The notes below the pieces were generated by a model, which ran no database searches, was not told where the DNA came from, and saw only the letters and a program-made list of their open reading frames with translations. Shown here one piece after another: positions 1-12,900 of a stretch of DNA of 64,000 nucleotides (position 1 is the stretch's first letter; every line of letters starts with the position of its first letter). The position numbers were made by a program, and so were the translations under genes. Origin of the DNA: the human T2T-CHM13v2.0 reference genome, Homo sapiens; assembly GCF_009914755.1 (NCBI RefSeq), contig NC_060935.1; one strand, 5' to 3'.

Positions 1-175
1 TCTGAGGATTTCGTTGGAAAGGGGATAAACTTCCCAGAACTACACGGAAGCATTGTGAGAAACTTCTTTGTGATGTTTGCATTCAACTCACAGAGTTGAA
101 CCTTGCTTTCATAGTTCAGCTTTCAAACACTCTTTTTGTAGAATCTGCAAGTGGATATTTGGACCACTTTGTGGC

Positions 176-192
176 CTTCCTTCGAAACGGGT
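176..192 (+). promoter_or_regulatory. Degenerate CENP-B box in the middle B-type monomer (representative)
   Basis: CTTCCTTCGAAACGGGT has TTCC in place of the required TTCG. It sits at the box position, 167 bp after box A and 171 bp before box B. Confidence 0.85.
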
Positions 193-346
193 ATATCTTC
201 CCATCAAACCTAGACAGAAGCATTCTCAGAATGTTTCCTGTGATGACTGCATTCAACTCACAGAGGTGAACAATCCTGTTGATGGAGCACTTTTGAAACT
301 CTCTTTCTTTGGATTCTGCAATTTGATTTGTGGACCTCTGTGAAGA

Positions 347-363
347 TTTCGTTGGAAACGGGT
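347..363 (+). promoter_or_regulatory. CENP-B box (representative 'box B', recurs every ~850 bp)
   Basis: TTTCGTTGGAAACGGGT contains the full nTTCGnnnnAnnCGGGn core. Confidence 0.95.
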
Positions 364-517
364 TCATCTTCACAGAAAAACTAAACAGAAGCATTCTCAG
401 AAACTACTTTGTGATGTTTGTGTTCCACTTCAAGAATTGAACTTTCCTCTTGACAGAGCAGCTCTGAAACCCTCTTTTTCTAGAATCTGCAAGTAGACAT
501 TTGGAGGGCTTTGTGGC

Positions 518-534
518 CTGTGGTGGAAAAGGAA
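518..534 (+). promoter_or_regulatory. pJalpha-type (A) box (representative)
   Basis: CTGTGGTGGAAAAGGAA at the box-equivalent position resembles the A-monomer motif CTAYGGTGRAAAAGGAA. Confidence 0.75.
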
Positions 535-687
535 AATCTTCACATAAAAACTAGATGGAAGCATTCTCAGAAACTACTTTGTGATGATTGCATTCGACTC
601 ACAGAGTTGAACATTCCTATAGATAGAGCAGGTTGTAAACAATCTTTTTGTAGAATCTGCGATTGGAGATTTGGACTGCTTTGAGGC

Positions 688-704
688 CTACTGTAGTAAA
701 GGAA
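688..704 (+). promoter_or_regulatory. Diverged pJalpha-type (A) box of the second A monomer (representative)
   Basis: CTACTGTAGTAAAGGAA at the box-equivalent position, with no CENP-B core. Confidence 0.6.
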
Positions 705-858
705 ATAACTTCATCTAAAAACCAAACGGAAGCATTCACAGACAATTCTTAGTGATCATTGGATTGAACTAACAGAGCTGAACATTCCTTTAGATGGCGC
801 AGTTTCCAAACACACTTTCTGTAGAATCCGCAAGTGGATATTTGGACCTCTCTGAGGA

Positions 859-875
859 TTTCGTTGGAAACGGGA
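859..875 (+). promoter_or_regulatory. CENP-B box (representative 'box A', recurs every ~850 bp)
   Basis: TTTCGTTGGAAACGGGA is a perfect match to YTTCGTTGGAARCGGGA. Confidence 0.96.
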
Positions 876-3800
876 TAAACTTCCCAGAACTACACGGAAG
901 CATTCTGAGAAACTTCTTTGTGATGTTTGCATTCAACTCACAGAGTTGAACCTTGCTTTCATAGTTCAGCTTTCAAACACTCTTTTTGTAGAATATGCAA
1001 GTGGATATTTGGACCACTTTGTGGCCTTCCTTCCAAACGGGTATATCTTCACATCAAACCTAGACAGAAGCATTCTCAGAATGTTTCCTGTGATGACTGC
1101 ATTCAACCCACAGAGGTGAACAATCCTGCTGATGGAGCAGATTTGAAACTCTCTTTCTTTGGATTCTGCAAGTGGATATGTGGACCTCTGTGAAGATTTC
1201 GTTGGAAACGGGTTCATCTTCACAGAAAAACTAAACAGGAGCATTCTCAGAAACTGCTTTGTGATGTTTGTGTTCCACTTCAGGAATTGAACTTTCCTCT
1301 TGACAGAGCAGCTCTGAAACCCTCTTTTTCTAGAATCTGCAAGTGGACATTTGGAGGGCTTTGAGGCCTGTGGTGGAAAAGGAAAATCTTCACATAAAAA
1401 CTAGATGGAAGCATTCTCAGAAACTACTTTGTGATGATTGCATTCGACTCACAGAGTTGAACATTAATATAGATAGAGCAGGTTGTAAACAATCTTTTTG
1501 TAGAATCTGCGATTGGAGATTTGGACTGCTTTGAGGCCTACTGTAGTAAAGGAAATAACTTCATCTAAAAACCAAACGGAAGCATTCACAGACAATTCTT
1601 AGTGATCATTGGATTGAACTAACAGAGCTGAACATTCCTTTAGATGGCGCAGTTTCCAAACACACTTTCTGTAGAATCTGCAAGTGGATATTTGGACCTC
1701 TCTGAGGATTTCGTTGGAAACGGGATAAACTTCCCAGAACTACACGGAAGCATTCTGAGAAACTTCTTTGTGATGTTTGCATTCAACTCACAGAGTTGAA
1801 ACTTGCTTTCATAGTTCAGCTTTCAAACACTCTTTTTGTAGAATCTGCAAGTGGTTATTTGGACCACTTTGTGGCCTTCCTTCCAAACGGGTATATCTTC
1901 ACATCAAACCTAGACAGAAGCATTCTCAGAATGTTTCCTGTGATGACTGCATTCAACTCACAGAGGTGAACAATCCTGCTGATGGAGCAGTTTTGAAACT
2001 CTCTTTCTTTGGATTCTGCAAGTGGATATGTGGACCTCTGTGAAGATTTCGTTGGAAACGGGTTCATCTTCACAGAAAAACTAAACAGGAGCATTCTCAG
2101 AAACTGCTTTGTGATGTTTGTGTTCCACTTCGGGAATTGAACTTTCCTCTTGACAGAGCAGCTCTGAAACCCTCTTTTTCTAGAATCTGCAAGTGGACAT
2201 TTGGAGGGCTTTGAGGCCTGTTGTGGAAAAGGAAAATCTTCACATAAAAACTAGATGGAAGCATTCTCAGAAACTACTTTGTGATGATTGCATTCGACTC
2301 ACAGAGTTGAACATTCCTATAGATAGAGCAGGTTGTAAACAATCTTTTTGTAGAATCTGCGATTGGAGATTTGGACTGCTTTGAGGCCTACTGTAGTAAA
2401 GGAAAGAACTTCATCTAAAAACCAAACGGAAGCAGTCACAGACAATTCTTAGTGATCATTGGATTGAACTAACAGAGCTGAACATTCCTTTAGATGGAGC
2501 AGTTTCCAAACACACTTTCTGTAGAATCTGCAAGTGGATATTTGGACCTCTCTGAGGATTTCGTTGGAAACGGGATAAACTTCCCAGAACTACACGGAAG
2601 CATTCTGAGAATCTTCTTTGTGATGTTTGCATTCAACTCACAGAGTTGAACATGGCTTTCATATTTCAGCTTTCAAACACTCTTTTTGTAGAATCTGCAA
2701 GTGGATATTTGGACCACTTTGTGGCCTTCCTTCGAAACGGGTATATCTTCACATCAAACCTAGACAGAAGCATTCTCAGAATGTTTCCTGTGATGACTGC
2801 ATTCAACTCACAGAGGTGAACAATCCTGCTGATGGAGCAGTTTTGAAACTCTCTTTCTTTGGATTCTGCAAGTGGATATGTGGACCTCTGTGAAGATTTC
2901 GTTGGAAACGGGTTCATCTTCACAGAAAAACTAAACAGGAGCATTCTCAGAAACTGCTTTGTGATGTTTGTGTTCCACTTCAGGAATTGAACTTTCCTCT
3001 TGACAGAGCAGCTCTGAAACCCTCTTTTTCTAGAATCTGCAAGTGGACATTTGGAGGGCTTTGAGTCCTGTGGTGGAAAAGGAAAATCTTCACATAAAAA
3101 CTAGATGGAAGCATTCTCACAAACTACTTTGTGATGATTGCATTCGACTCACAGAGTTGAACATTCCTATAGATAGAGCAGGTTGTAAACAATCTTTTTG
3201 TAGAATCTGCGATTGGAGATTTGGACTGCTTTGAGGCCTACTGTAGTAAAGGAAAGAACTTCATCTAAAAACCAAACGGAAGCATTCACAGACAATTCTT
3301 AGTGATCATTGGATTGAACTAACAGAGCTGAACATTCCTTTAGATGGAGCAGTTTCCAAACACACTTTCTGTAGAATCTGCAAGTGGATATTTGGACCTC
3401 TCTGAGGATTTCGTTGGAAACGGGATAAACTTCCCAGAACTACACGGAAGCATTCTGAGAATCTTCTTTGTGATGTTTGCATTCAACTCACAGAGTTGAA
3501 CATGGCTTTCATATTTCAGCTTTCAAACACTCTTTTTGTAGAATCTGCAAGTGGATATTTGGACCACTTTGAGGCCTTCCTTCGAAACGGGTATATCTTC
3601 ACATCAAACCTAGACAGAAGCATTCTCAGAATGTTTCCTGTGATGACTGCATTCAACTCACAGAGGTGAACAATCCTGTTGATGGAGCAGTTTTGAAACT
3701 CTCTTTCTTTGGATTCTGCAAGTGGATATGTGGACCTCTGTGAAGATTTCGTTGGAAACGGGTTCATCTTCACAGAAAAACTAAACATCAGCATTCTCAG

Positions 3801-6800
3801 AAACTGCTTTGTGATGTTTGTGTTCCACTTCAAGAATTGAACTTTCCTCTTGACAGAGCAGCTCTGAAACCCTCTTTTTCTAGAATCTGCAAGTGGACAT
3901 TTGGAGGGCTTTGAGGCCTGTGGTGGAAAAGGAAAATCTTCACATAAAAACTAGATGGAAGCATTCTCAGAAACTACTTTGTGATGATTGCATTCGACTC
4001 ACAGAGTTGAACATTCCTATAGATAGAGCAGGTTGTAAACAATCTTTTTGTAGAATCTGCGATTGGAGATTTGGACTGCTTTGAGGCCTACTGTAGTAAA
4101 GGAAATAACTTCATCTAAAAACCAAACGGAAGCATTCACAGAAAATTCTTAGTGATCATTGGATTGAACTAACAGAGCTGAACATTCCTTTAGATGGCGC
4201 AGTTTCCAAACACACTTTCTGTAGAATCTGCAAGTGGATATTTGGACCTCTCTGAGGATTTCGTTGGAAAAGGGATATACTTCCCAGAACTACACGGAAG
4301 CATTCTGAGAAACTTCTTTGTGATGTTTGCATTCAACTCACAGGGTTGAAACTTGCTTTCATAGTTCAGCTTTCAAACACTCTTTTTGTAGAATCTGCAA
4401 GTGGATATTTGGACCACTTTGTGGCCTTCCTTCGAAACGGGTATATCTTCACATCAAACCTAGACAGAAGCATTCTCAGAATGTTTCCTGTGATGACTGC
4501 ATTCAACTCACAGAGGTGAACAATCCTGTTGATGGAGCAGTTTTGAAACTCTCTTTCTTTGGATTCTGCAAGTGGATATGTGGACCTCTGTGAACATTTC
4601 GTTGGAAACGGGTTCATCTTCACAGAAAAACTAAACAGGAGCATTCTCAGAAACTGCTTTGTGATGTTTGTGTTCCACTTCAGGAATTGAACTTTCCTCT
4701 TGACAGAGCAGCTCTGAAACCCTCTTTTTCTAGAATCTGCAAGTGGACATTTGGAGGGCTTTGAGGCCTGTGGTGGAAAAGGAAAATCTTCACATAAAAA
4801 CTAGATGGAATCATTCTCAGAAACTACTTTGTGATGATTGCATTCGACTCACAGAGTTGAACATTCCTATAGATAGAGCAGGTTGTAAACAATCTTTTTG
4901 TAGAATCTGCGATTGGAGATTTGGACTGCTTTGAGGCCTACTGTAGTAAAGGAAAGAACTTCATCTAAAAACCAAACGGAAGCATTCACAGAAAATTCTT
5001 AGTGATCATTGGATTGAACTAACAGAGCTGAACATTCCTTTAGATGGAGCAGTTTCCAAACACACTTTCTGTAGAATCTGCAAGTGGATATTTGGACCTC
5101 TCTGAGGATTTCGTTGGAAACGGGATAAACTTCCCAGAACTACACGGAAGCATTCTGAGAATGTTCTTTGTGATGTTTGCATTCAACTCACAGAGTTGAA
5201 CATGGCTTTCATATTTCAGCTTTCAAACACTCTTTTTGTAGAATCTGCAAGTGGATATTTGGACCACTTTGTGGCCTTCCTTCGAAACGGGTATATCTTC
5301 CCATCAAACCTAGACAGAAGCATTCTCAGAATGTTTCCTGTGATGACTGCATTCAACTCACAGAGGTGAACAATCCTGTTGATGGAGCAGTTTTGAAACT
5401 CTCTTTCTTTGGATTCTGCAAGTGGATATGTGGACCTCTGTGAAGATTTCGTTGGAAACGGGTTCATCTTCACAGAAAAACTAAACAGGAGCATTCTCAG
5501 AAACTGCTTTGTGATGTTTGTGTTCCACTTCAAGAATTGAACTTTCCTCTTGACAGAGCAGCTCTGAAACCCTCTTTTTCTAGAATCTGCAAGTAGACAT
5601 TTGGAGGGCTTTGTGGCCTGTGGTGGAAAAGGAAAATCTTCACATAAAAACTAGATGGAAGCATTCTCAGAAACTACTTTGTGATGATTGCATTCGACTC
5701 ACAGAGTTGAACATTCCTATAGATAGAGCAGGTTGTAAACAATCTTTTTGTAGAATCTGCGATTGGAGATTTGGACTGCTTTGAGGCCTACTGTAGTAAA
5801 GGAAATAACTTCATCTAAAAACCAAACGGAAGCATTCACAGACAATTCTTAGTGATCATTGGATTGAACTAACAGAGCTGAACATTCCTTTAGATGGCGC
5901 AGTTTCCAAACACACTTTCTGTAGAATCCGCAAGTGGATATTTGGACCTCTCTGAGGATTTCGTTGGAAACGGGATAAACTTCCCAGAACTACACGGAAG
6001 CATTCTGAGAAACTTCTTTGTGATGTTTGCATTCAACTCACAGAGTTGAACCTTGCTTTCATAGTTCAGCTTTCAAACACTCTTTTTGTAGAATCTGCAA
6101 GTGGATATTTGGACCACTTTGTGGCCTTCCTTCCAAACGGGTATATCTTCACATCAAACCTAGACAGAAGCATTCTCAGAATGTTTCCTGTGATGACTGC
6201 ATTCAACCCACAGAGGTGAACAATCCTGCTGATGGAGCAGATTTGAAACTCTCTTTCTTTGGATTCTGCAAGTGGATATGTGGACCTCTGTGAAGATTTC
6301 GTTGGAAACGGGTTCATCTTCACAGAAAAACTAAACAGGAGCATTCTCAGAAACTGCTTTGTGATGTTTGTGTTCCACTTCAGGAATTGAACTTTCCTCT
6401 TGACAGAGCAGCTCTGAAACCCTCTTTTTCTAGAATCTGCAAGTGGACATTTGGAGGGCTTTGAGGCCTGTGGTGGAAAAGGAAAATCTTCACATAAAAA
6501 CTAGATGGAAGCATTCTCAGAAACTACTTTGTGATGATTGCATTCGACTCACAGAGTTGAACATTAATATAGATAGAGCAGGTTGTAAACAATCTTTTTG
6601 TAGAATCTGCGATTGGAGATTTGGACTGCTTTGAGGCCTACTGTAGTAAAGGAAATAACTTCATCTAAAAACCAAACGGAAGCATTCACAGACAATTCTT
6701 AGTGATCATTGGATTGAACTAACAGAGCTGAACATTCCTTTAGATGGCGCAGTTTCCAAACACACTTTCTGTAGAATCTGCAAGTGGATATTTGGACCTC

Positions 6801-8099
6801 TCTGAGGATTTCGTTGGAAACGGGATAAACTTCCCAGAACTACACGGAAGCATTCTGAGAAACTTCTTTGTGATGTTTGCATTCAACTCACAGAGTTGAA
6901 ACTTGCTTTCATAGTTCAGCTTTCAAACACTCTTTTTGTAGAATCTGCAAGTGGTTATTTGGACCACTTTGTGGCCTTCCTTCCAAACGGGTATATCTTC
7001 ACATCAAACCTAGACAGAAGCATTCTCAGAATGTTTCCTGTGATGACTGCATTCAACTCACAGAGGTGAACAATCCTGCTGATGGAGCAGTTTTGAAACT
7101 CTCTTTCTTTGGATTCTGCAAGTGGATATGTGGACCTCTGTGAAGATTTCGTTGGAAACGGGTTCATCTTCACAGAAAAACTAAACAGGAGCATTCTCAG
7201 AAACTGCTTTGTGATGTTTGTGTTCCACTTCGGGAATTGAACTTTCCTCTTGACAGAGCAGCTCTGAAACCCTCTTTTTCTAGAATCTGCAAGTGGACAT
7301 TTGGAGGGCTTTGAGGCCTGTTGTGGAAAAGGAAAATCTTCACATAAAAACTAGATGGAAGCATTCTCAGAAACTACTTTGTGATGATTGCATTCGACTC
7401 ACAGAGTTGAACATTCCTATAGATAGAGCAGGTTGTAAACAATCTTTTTGTAGAATCTGCGATTGGAGATTTGGACTGCTTTGAGGCCTACTGTAGTAAA
7501 GGAAAGAACTTCATCTAAAAACCAAACGGAAGCAGTCACAGACAATTCTTAGTGATCATTGGATTGAACTAACAGAGCTGAACATTCCTTTAGATGGAGC
7601 AGTTTCCAAACACACTTTCTGTAGAATCTGCAAGTGGATATTTGGACCTCTCTGAGGATTTCGTTGGAAACGGGATAAACTTCCCAGAACTACACGGAAG
7701 CATTCTGAGAATCTTCTTTGTGATGTTTGCATTCAACTCACAGAGTTGAACATGGCTTTCATATTTCAGCTTTCAAACACTCTTTTTGTAGAATCTGCAA
7801 GTGGATATTTGGACCACTTTGTGGCCTTCCTTCGAAACGGGTATATCTTCACATCAAACCTAGACAGAAGCATTCTCAGAATGTTTCCTGTGATGACTGC
7901 ATTCAACTCACAGAGGTGAACAATCCTGCTGATGGAGCAGTTTTGAAACTCTCTTTCTTTGGATTCTGCAAGTGGATATGTGGACCTCTGTGAAGATTTC
8001 GTTGGAAACGGGTTCATCTTCACAGAAAAACTAAACAGGAGCATTCTCAGAAACTGCTTTGTGATGTTTGTGTTCCACTTCAGGAATTGAACTTTCCTC

Positions 8100-11000
8100 T
8101 TGACAGAGCAGCTCTGAAACCCTCTTTTTCTAGAATCTGCAAGTGGACATTTGGAGGGCTTTGAGTCCTGTGGTGGAAAAGGAAAATCTTCACATAAAAA
8201 CTAGATGGAAGCATTCTCACAAACTACTTTGTGATGATTGCATTCGACTCACAGAGTTGAACATTCCTATAGATAGAGCAGGTTGTAAACAATCTTTTTG
8301 TAGAATCTGCGATTGGAGATTTGGACTGCTTTGAGGCCTACTGTAGTAAAGGAAAGAACTTCATCTAAAAACCAAACGGAAGCATTCACAGACAATTCTT
8401 AGTGATCATTGGATTGAACTAACAGAGCTGAACATTCCTTTAGATGGAGCAGTTTCCAAACACACTTTCTGTAGAATCTGCAAGTGGATATTTGGACCTC
8501 TCTGAGGATTTCGTTGGAAACGGGATAAACTTCCCAGAACTACACGGAAGCATTCTGAGAATCTTCTTTGTGATGTTTGCATTCAACTCACAGAGTTGAA
8601 CATGGCTTTCATATTTCAGCTTTCAAACACTCTTTTTGTAGAATCTGCAAGTGGATATTTGGACCACTTTGAGGCCTTCCTTCGAAACGGGTATATCTTC
8701 ACATCAAACCTAGACAGAAGCATTCTCAGAATGTTTCCTGTGATGACTGCATTCAACTCACAGAGGTGAACAATCCTGTTGATGGAGCAGTTTTGAAACT
8801 CTCTTTCTTTGGATTCTGCAAGTGGATATGTGGACCTCTGTGAAGATTTCGTTGGAAACGGGTTCATCTTCACAGAAAAACTAAACATCAGCATTCTCAG
8901 AAACTGCTTTGTGATGTTTGTGTTCCACTTCAAGAATTGAACTTTCCTCTTGACAGAGCAGCTCTGAAACCCTCTTTTTCTAGAATCTGCAAGTGGACAT
9001 TTGGAGGGCTTTGAGGCCTGTGGTGGAAAAGGAAAATCTTCACATAAAAACTAGATGGAAGCATTCTCAGAAACTACTTTGTGATGATTGCATTCGACTC
9101 ACAGAGTTGAACATTCCTATAGATAGAGCAGGTTGTAAACAATCTTTTTGTAGAATCTGCGATTGGAGATTTGGACTGCTTTGAGGCCTACTGTAGTAAA
9201 GGAAATAACTTCATCTAAAAACCAAACGGAAGCATTCACAGAAAATTCTTAGTGATCATTGGATTGAACTAACAGAGCTGAACATTCCTTTAGATGGCGC
9301 AGTTTCCAAACACACTTTCTGTAGAATCTGCAAGTGGATATTTGGACTTCTCTGAGGATTTCGTTGGAAAAGGGATATACTTCCCAGAACTACACGGAAG
9401 CATTCTGAGAAACTTCTTTGTGATGTTTGCATTCAACTCACAGGGTTGAAACTTGCTTTCATAGTTCAGCTTTCAAACACTCTTTTTGTAGAATCTGCAA
9501 GTGGATATTTGGACCACTTTGTGGCCTTCCTTCGAAACGGGTATATCTTCACATCAAACCTAGACAGAAGCATTCTCAGAATGTTTCCTGTGATGACTGC
9601 ATTCAACTCACAGAGGTGAACAATCCTGTTGATGGAGCAGTTTTGAAACTCTCTTTCTTTGGATTCTGCAAGTGGATATGTGGACCTCTGTGAACATTTC
9701 GTTGGAAACGGGTTCATCTTCACAGAAAAACTAAACAGGAGCATTCTCAGAAACTGCTTTGTGATGTTTGTGTTCCACTTCAGGAATTGAACTTTCCTCT
9801 TGACAGAGCAGCTCTGAAACCCTCTTTTTCTAGAATCTGCAAGTGGACATTTGGAGGGCTTTGAGGCCTGTGGTGGAAAAGGAAAATCTTCACATAAAAA
9901 CTAGATGGAATCATTCTCAGAAACTACTTTGTGATGATTGCATTCGACTCACAGAGTTGAACATTCCTATAGATAGAGCAGGTTGTAAACAATCTTTTTG
10001 TAGAATCTGCGATTGGAGATTTGGACTGCTTTGAGGCCTACTGTAGTAAAGGAAAGAACTTCATCTAAAAACCAAACGGAAGCATTCACAGAAAATTCTT
10101 AGTGATCATTGGATTGAACTAACAGAGCTGAACATTCCTTTAGATGGAGCAGTTTCCAAACACACTTTCTGTAGAATCTGCAAGTGGATATTTGGACCTC
10201 TCTGAGGATTTCGTTGGAAACGGGATAAATTTCCCAGAACTACACGGAAGCATTCTGAGAATGTTCTTTGTGATGTTTGCATTCAACTCACAGAGTTGAA
10301 CATGGCTTTCATATTTCAGCTTTCAAACACTCTTTTTGTAGAATCTGCAAGTGGATATTTGGACCACTTTGTGGCCTTCCTTCGAAACGGGTATATCTTC
10401 ACATCAAACCTAGACAGAAGCATTCTCAGAATGTTTCCTGTGATGACTGCATTCAACTCACAGAGGTGAAAAATCCTGTTGATGGAGCAGTTTTGAAACT
10501 CTCTTTCTTTGGATTCTGCAAGTGGATATGTGGACCTCTGTGAAGATTTCGTTGGAAACGGGTTCATCTTCACAGAAAAACTAAACAGGAGCATTCTCAG
10601 AAACTGCTTTGTGATGTTTGTGTTCCACTTCAAGAATTGAACTTTCCTCTTGACAGAGCAGCTCTGAAACCCTCTTTTTCTAGAATCTGCAAGTGGACAT
10701 TTGGAGGGCTTTGAGTCCTGTGGTGGAAAAGGAAAATCTTCACATAAAAACTAGATGGAAGCATTCTCAGAAACTACTTTGTGATGATTGCATTCGACTC
10801 ACAGAGTTGAACATTCCTATAGATAGAGCAGGTTGTAAACAATCTTTTTGTAGAATCTGCGATTGGAGATTTGGACTGCTTTGAGGCCTACTGTAGTAAA
10901 GGAAAGAACTTCATCTAAAAACCAAACGGAAGCATTCACAGACAATTCTTAGTGATCATTGGATTGAACTAACAGAGCTGAACATTCCTTTAGATGGAGC

Positions 11001-12900
11001 AGTTTCCAAACACACTTTCTGTAGAATCTGCAAGTGGATATTTGGACCTCTCTGAGGATTTCGTTGGAAACGGGATAAACTTCCCAGAACTACACGGAAG
11101 CATTCTGAGAATCTTCTTTGTGATGTTTGCATTCAACTCACAGAGTTGAACATGGCTTTCATATTTCAGCTTTCAAACACTCTTTTTGTAGAATCTGCAA
11201 GTGGATATTTGGACCACTTTGTGGCCTTCCTTCGAAACGGGTATATCTTCACATCAAACCTAGACAGAAGCATTCTCAGAATGTTTCCTGTGATGACTGC
11301 ATTCAACTCACAGAGGTGAACAATCCTGTTGATGGAGCAGTTTTGAAACTCTCTTTATTTGGATTCTGCAAGTGGATATGTGGACCTCTGTGAAGATTTC
11401 GTTGGAAACGGGTTCATCTTCACAGAAAAACTAAACAGAAGCATTCTCAGAAACTGCTTTGTGATGTTTGTGTTCCACTTCAAGAATTGAACTTTCCTCT
11501 TGACAGAGCAGCTCTGAAACCCTCTTTTTCTAGAATCTGCAAGTGGACATTTGGAGGGCTTTGAGGCCTGTGGTGGAAAAGGAAAATCTTCACATAAAAA
11601 CTAGATGGAAGCATTCTCAGAAACTACTTTGTGATGATTGCATTCGACTCACAGAGTTGAACATTCCTATAGATAGAGCAGGTTGTAAACAATCTTTTTG
11701 TAGAATCTGCGATTGGAGATTTGGACTGCTTTGATGCCTACTGTAGTAAAGGAAATAACTTCATCTAAAAACCAAACGGAAGCATTCACAGAAAATTCTT
11801 AGTGATCATTGGATTGAACTAACAGAGCTGAACATTCCTTTAGATGGCGCAGTTTCCAAACACACTTTCTGTAGAATCTGCAAGTGGATATTTGGACCTC
11901 TGTGAGGATTTCGTTGGAAACGGGATATACTTCCCAGAACTACACGGAAGCATTCTGAGAAACTTCTTTGTGATGTTTGCATTCAACTCACAGGGTTGAA
12001 ACTTGCTTTCATAGTTCAGCTTTCAAACACTCTTTTTGTAGAATCTGCAAGTGGATATTTGGACCACTTTGTGGCCTTCCTTCGAAACGGGTATATCTTC
12101 ACATCAAACCTAGATAGAAGCATTCTCAGAATGTTTCCTGTGATGACTGCATTCAACTCACAGAGGTGAACAATCCTGTTGATGGAGCAGTTTTGAAACT
12201 CTCTTTCTTTGGATTCTGCAAGTGGATATGTGGACCTCTGTGAACATTTCGTTGGAAACGGGTTCATCTTCACAGAAAAACTAAACAGGAGCATTCTCAG
12301 AAACTGCTTTGTGATGTTTGTGTTCCACTTCAGGAATTGAACTTTCCTCTTGACAGAGCAGCTCTGAAACCCTCTTTTTCTAGAATCTGCAAGTGGACAT
12401 TTGGAGGGCTTTGAGGCCTGTGGTGGAAAAGGAAAATCTTCACATAAAAACTAGATGGAATCATTCTCAGAAACTACTTTGTGATGATTGCATTCGACTC
12501 ACAGAGTTGAACATTCCTATAGATAGAGCAGGTTGTAAACAATCTTTTTGTACAATCTGCGATTGGAGATTTGGACTGCTTTGAGGCCTACTGTAGTAAA
12601 GGAAAGAACTTCATCTAAAAACCAAACGGAAGCATTCACAGACAATTCTTAGTGATCATTGGATTGAACTAACAGAGCTGAACATTCCTATAGATGGAGC
12701 AGTTTCCAAACACACTTTCTGTAGAATCTGCAAGTGGATATTTGGACCTCTCTGAGGATTTCGTTGGAAACGGGATAAACTTCCCAGAACTACACGGAAG
12801 CATTCTGAGAATGTTCTTTGTGATGTTTGCATTCAACTCACAGAGTTGAACATGGCTTTCATATTTCAGCTTTCAAACACTCTTTTTGTAGAATCTGCAA
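8100..12900 (+). repeat. Older, more diverged 3-HOR tandem duplication (period 2550 bp)
   Basis: The same order of haplotypes recurs at +2550 (GAGTCC 8166/10716, CAGGGTTG ~9444/11994, GAACATTTC ~9695/12245, GGAATCATT 9911/12461, AATGTTC ~10263/12813), with several private differences. Confidence 0.7.

Larger units (their letters stand above)
51..900 (+). repeat. D11Z1: Representative 850-bp 5-monomer HOR unit, most likely human chr11 D11Z1 (SF3 pentamer)
   Basis: Monomer starts (CATT) at 51, 221, 392, 562, 733, next unit at 901. There is a single XbaI site TCTAGA at 479-484. Box order round the unit is B,B(degenerate),B,A,A, as in SF3 W1-W5. Established: D11Z1 is the 850-bp XbaI pentamer, while other SF3 arrays are longer (DXZ1 12-mer, D17Z1 16-mer). 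The assignment is from recall, not a database search. Confidence 0.87.
201..10400 (+). repeat. Tandem duplication of a 6-HOR block (period 5100 bp)
   Basis: Rare variants recur at exactly +5100: CCATC 201/5301, AAGTAGAC ~495/5595, ACATTAAT ~1466/6566, GTGGTTAT ~1855/6955, AAACATCA ~3788/8888, AGGGATATAC 4271/9371. Confidence 0.93.

Noticed and set aside
454-466. Short dyad CAGAGC-A-GCTCTG in each unit, plus CTACTGTAG and TTCGAA palindromes
   Set aside because: Arms of 6 bp or less with a 0-1 nt loop are expected by chance and are too short to support a cruciform claim.
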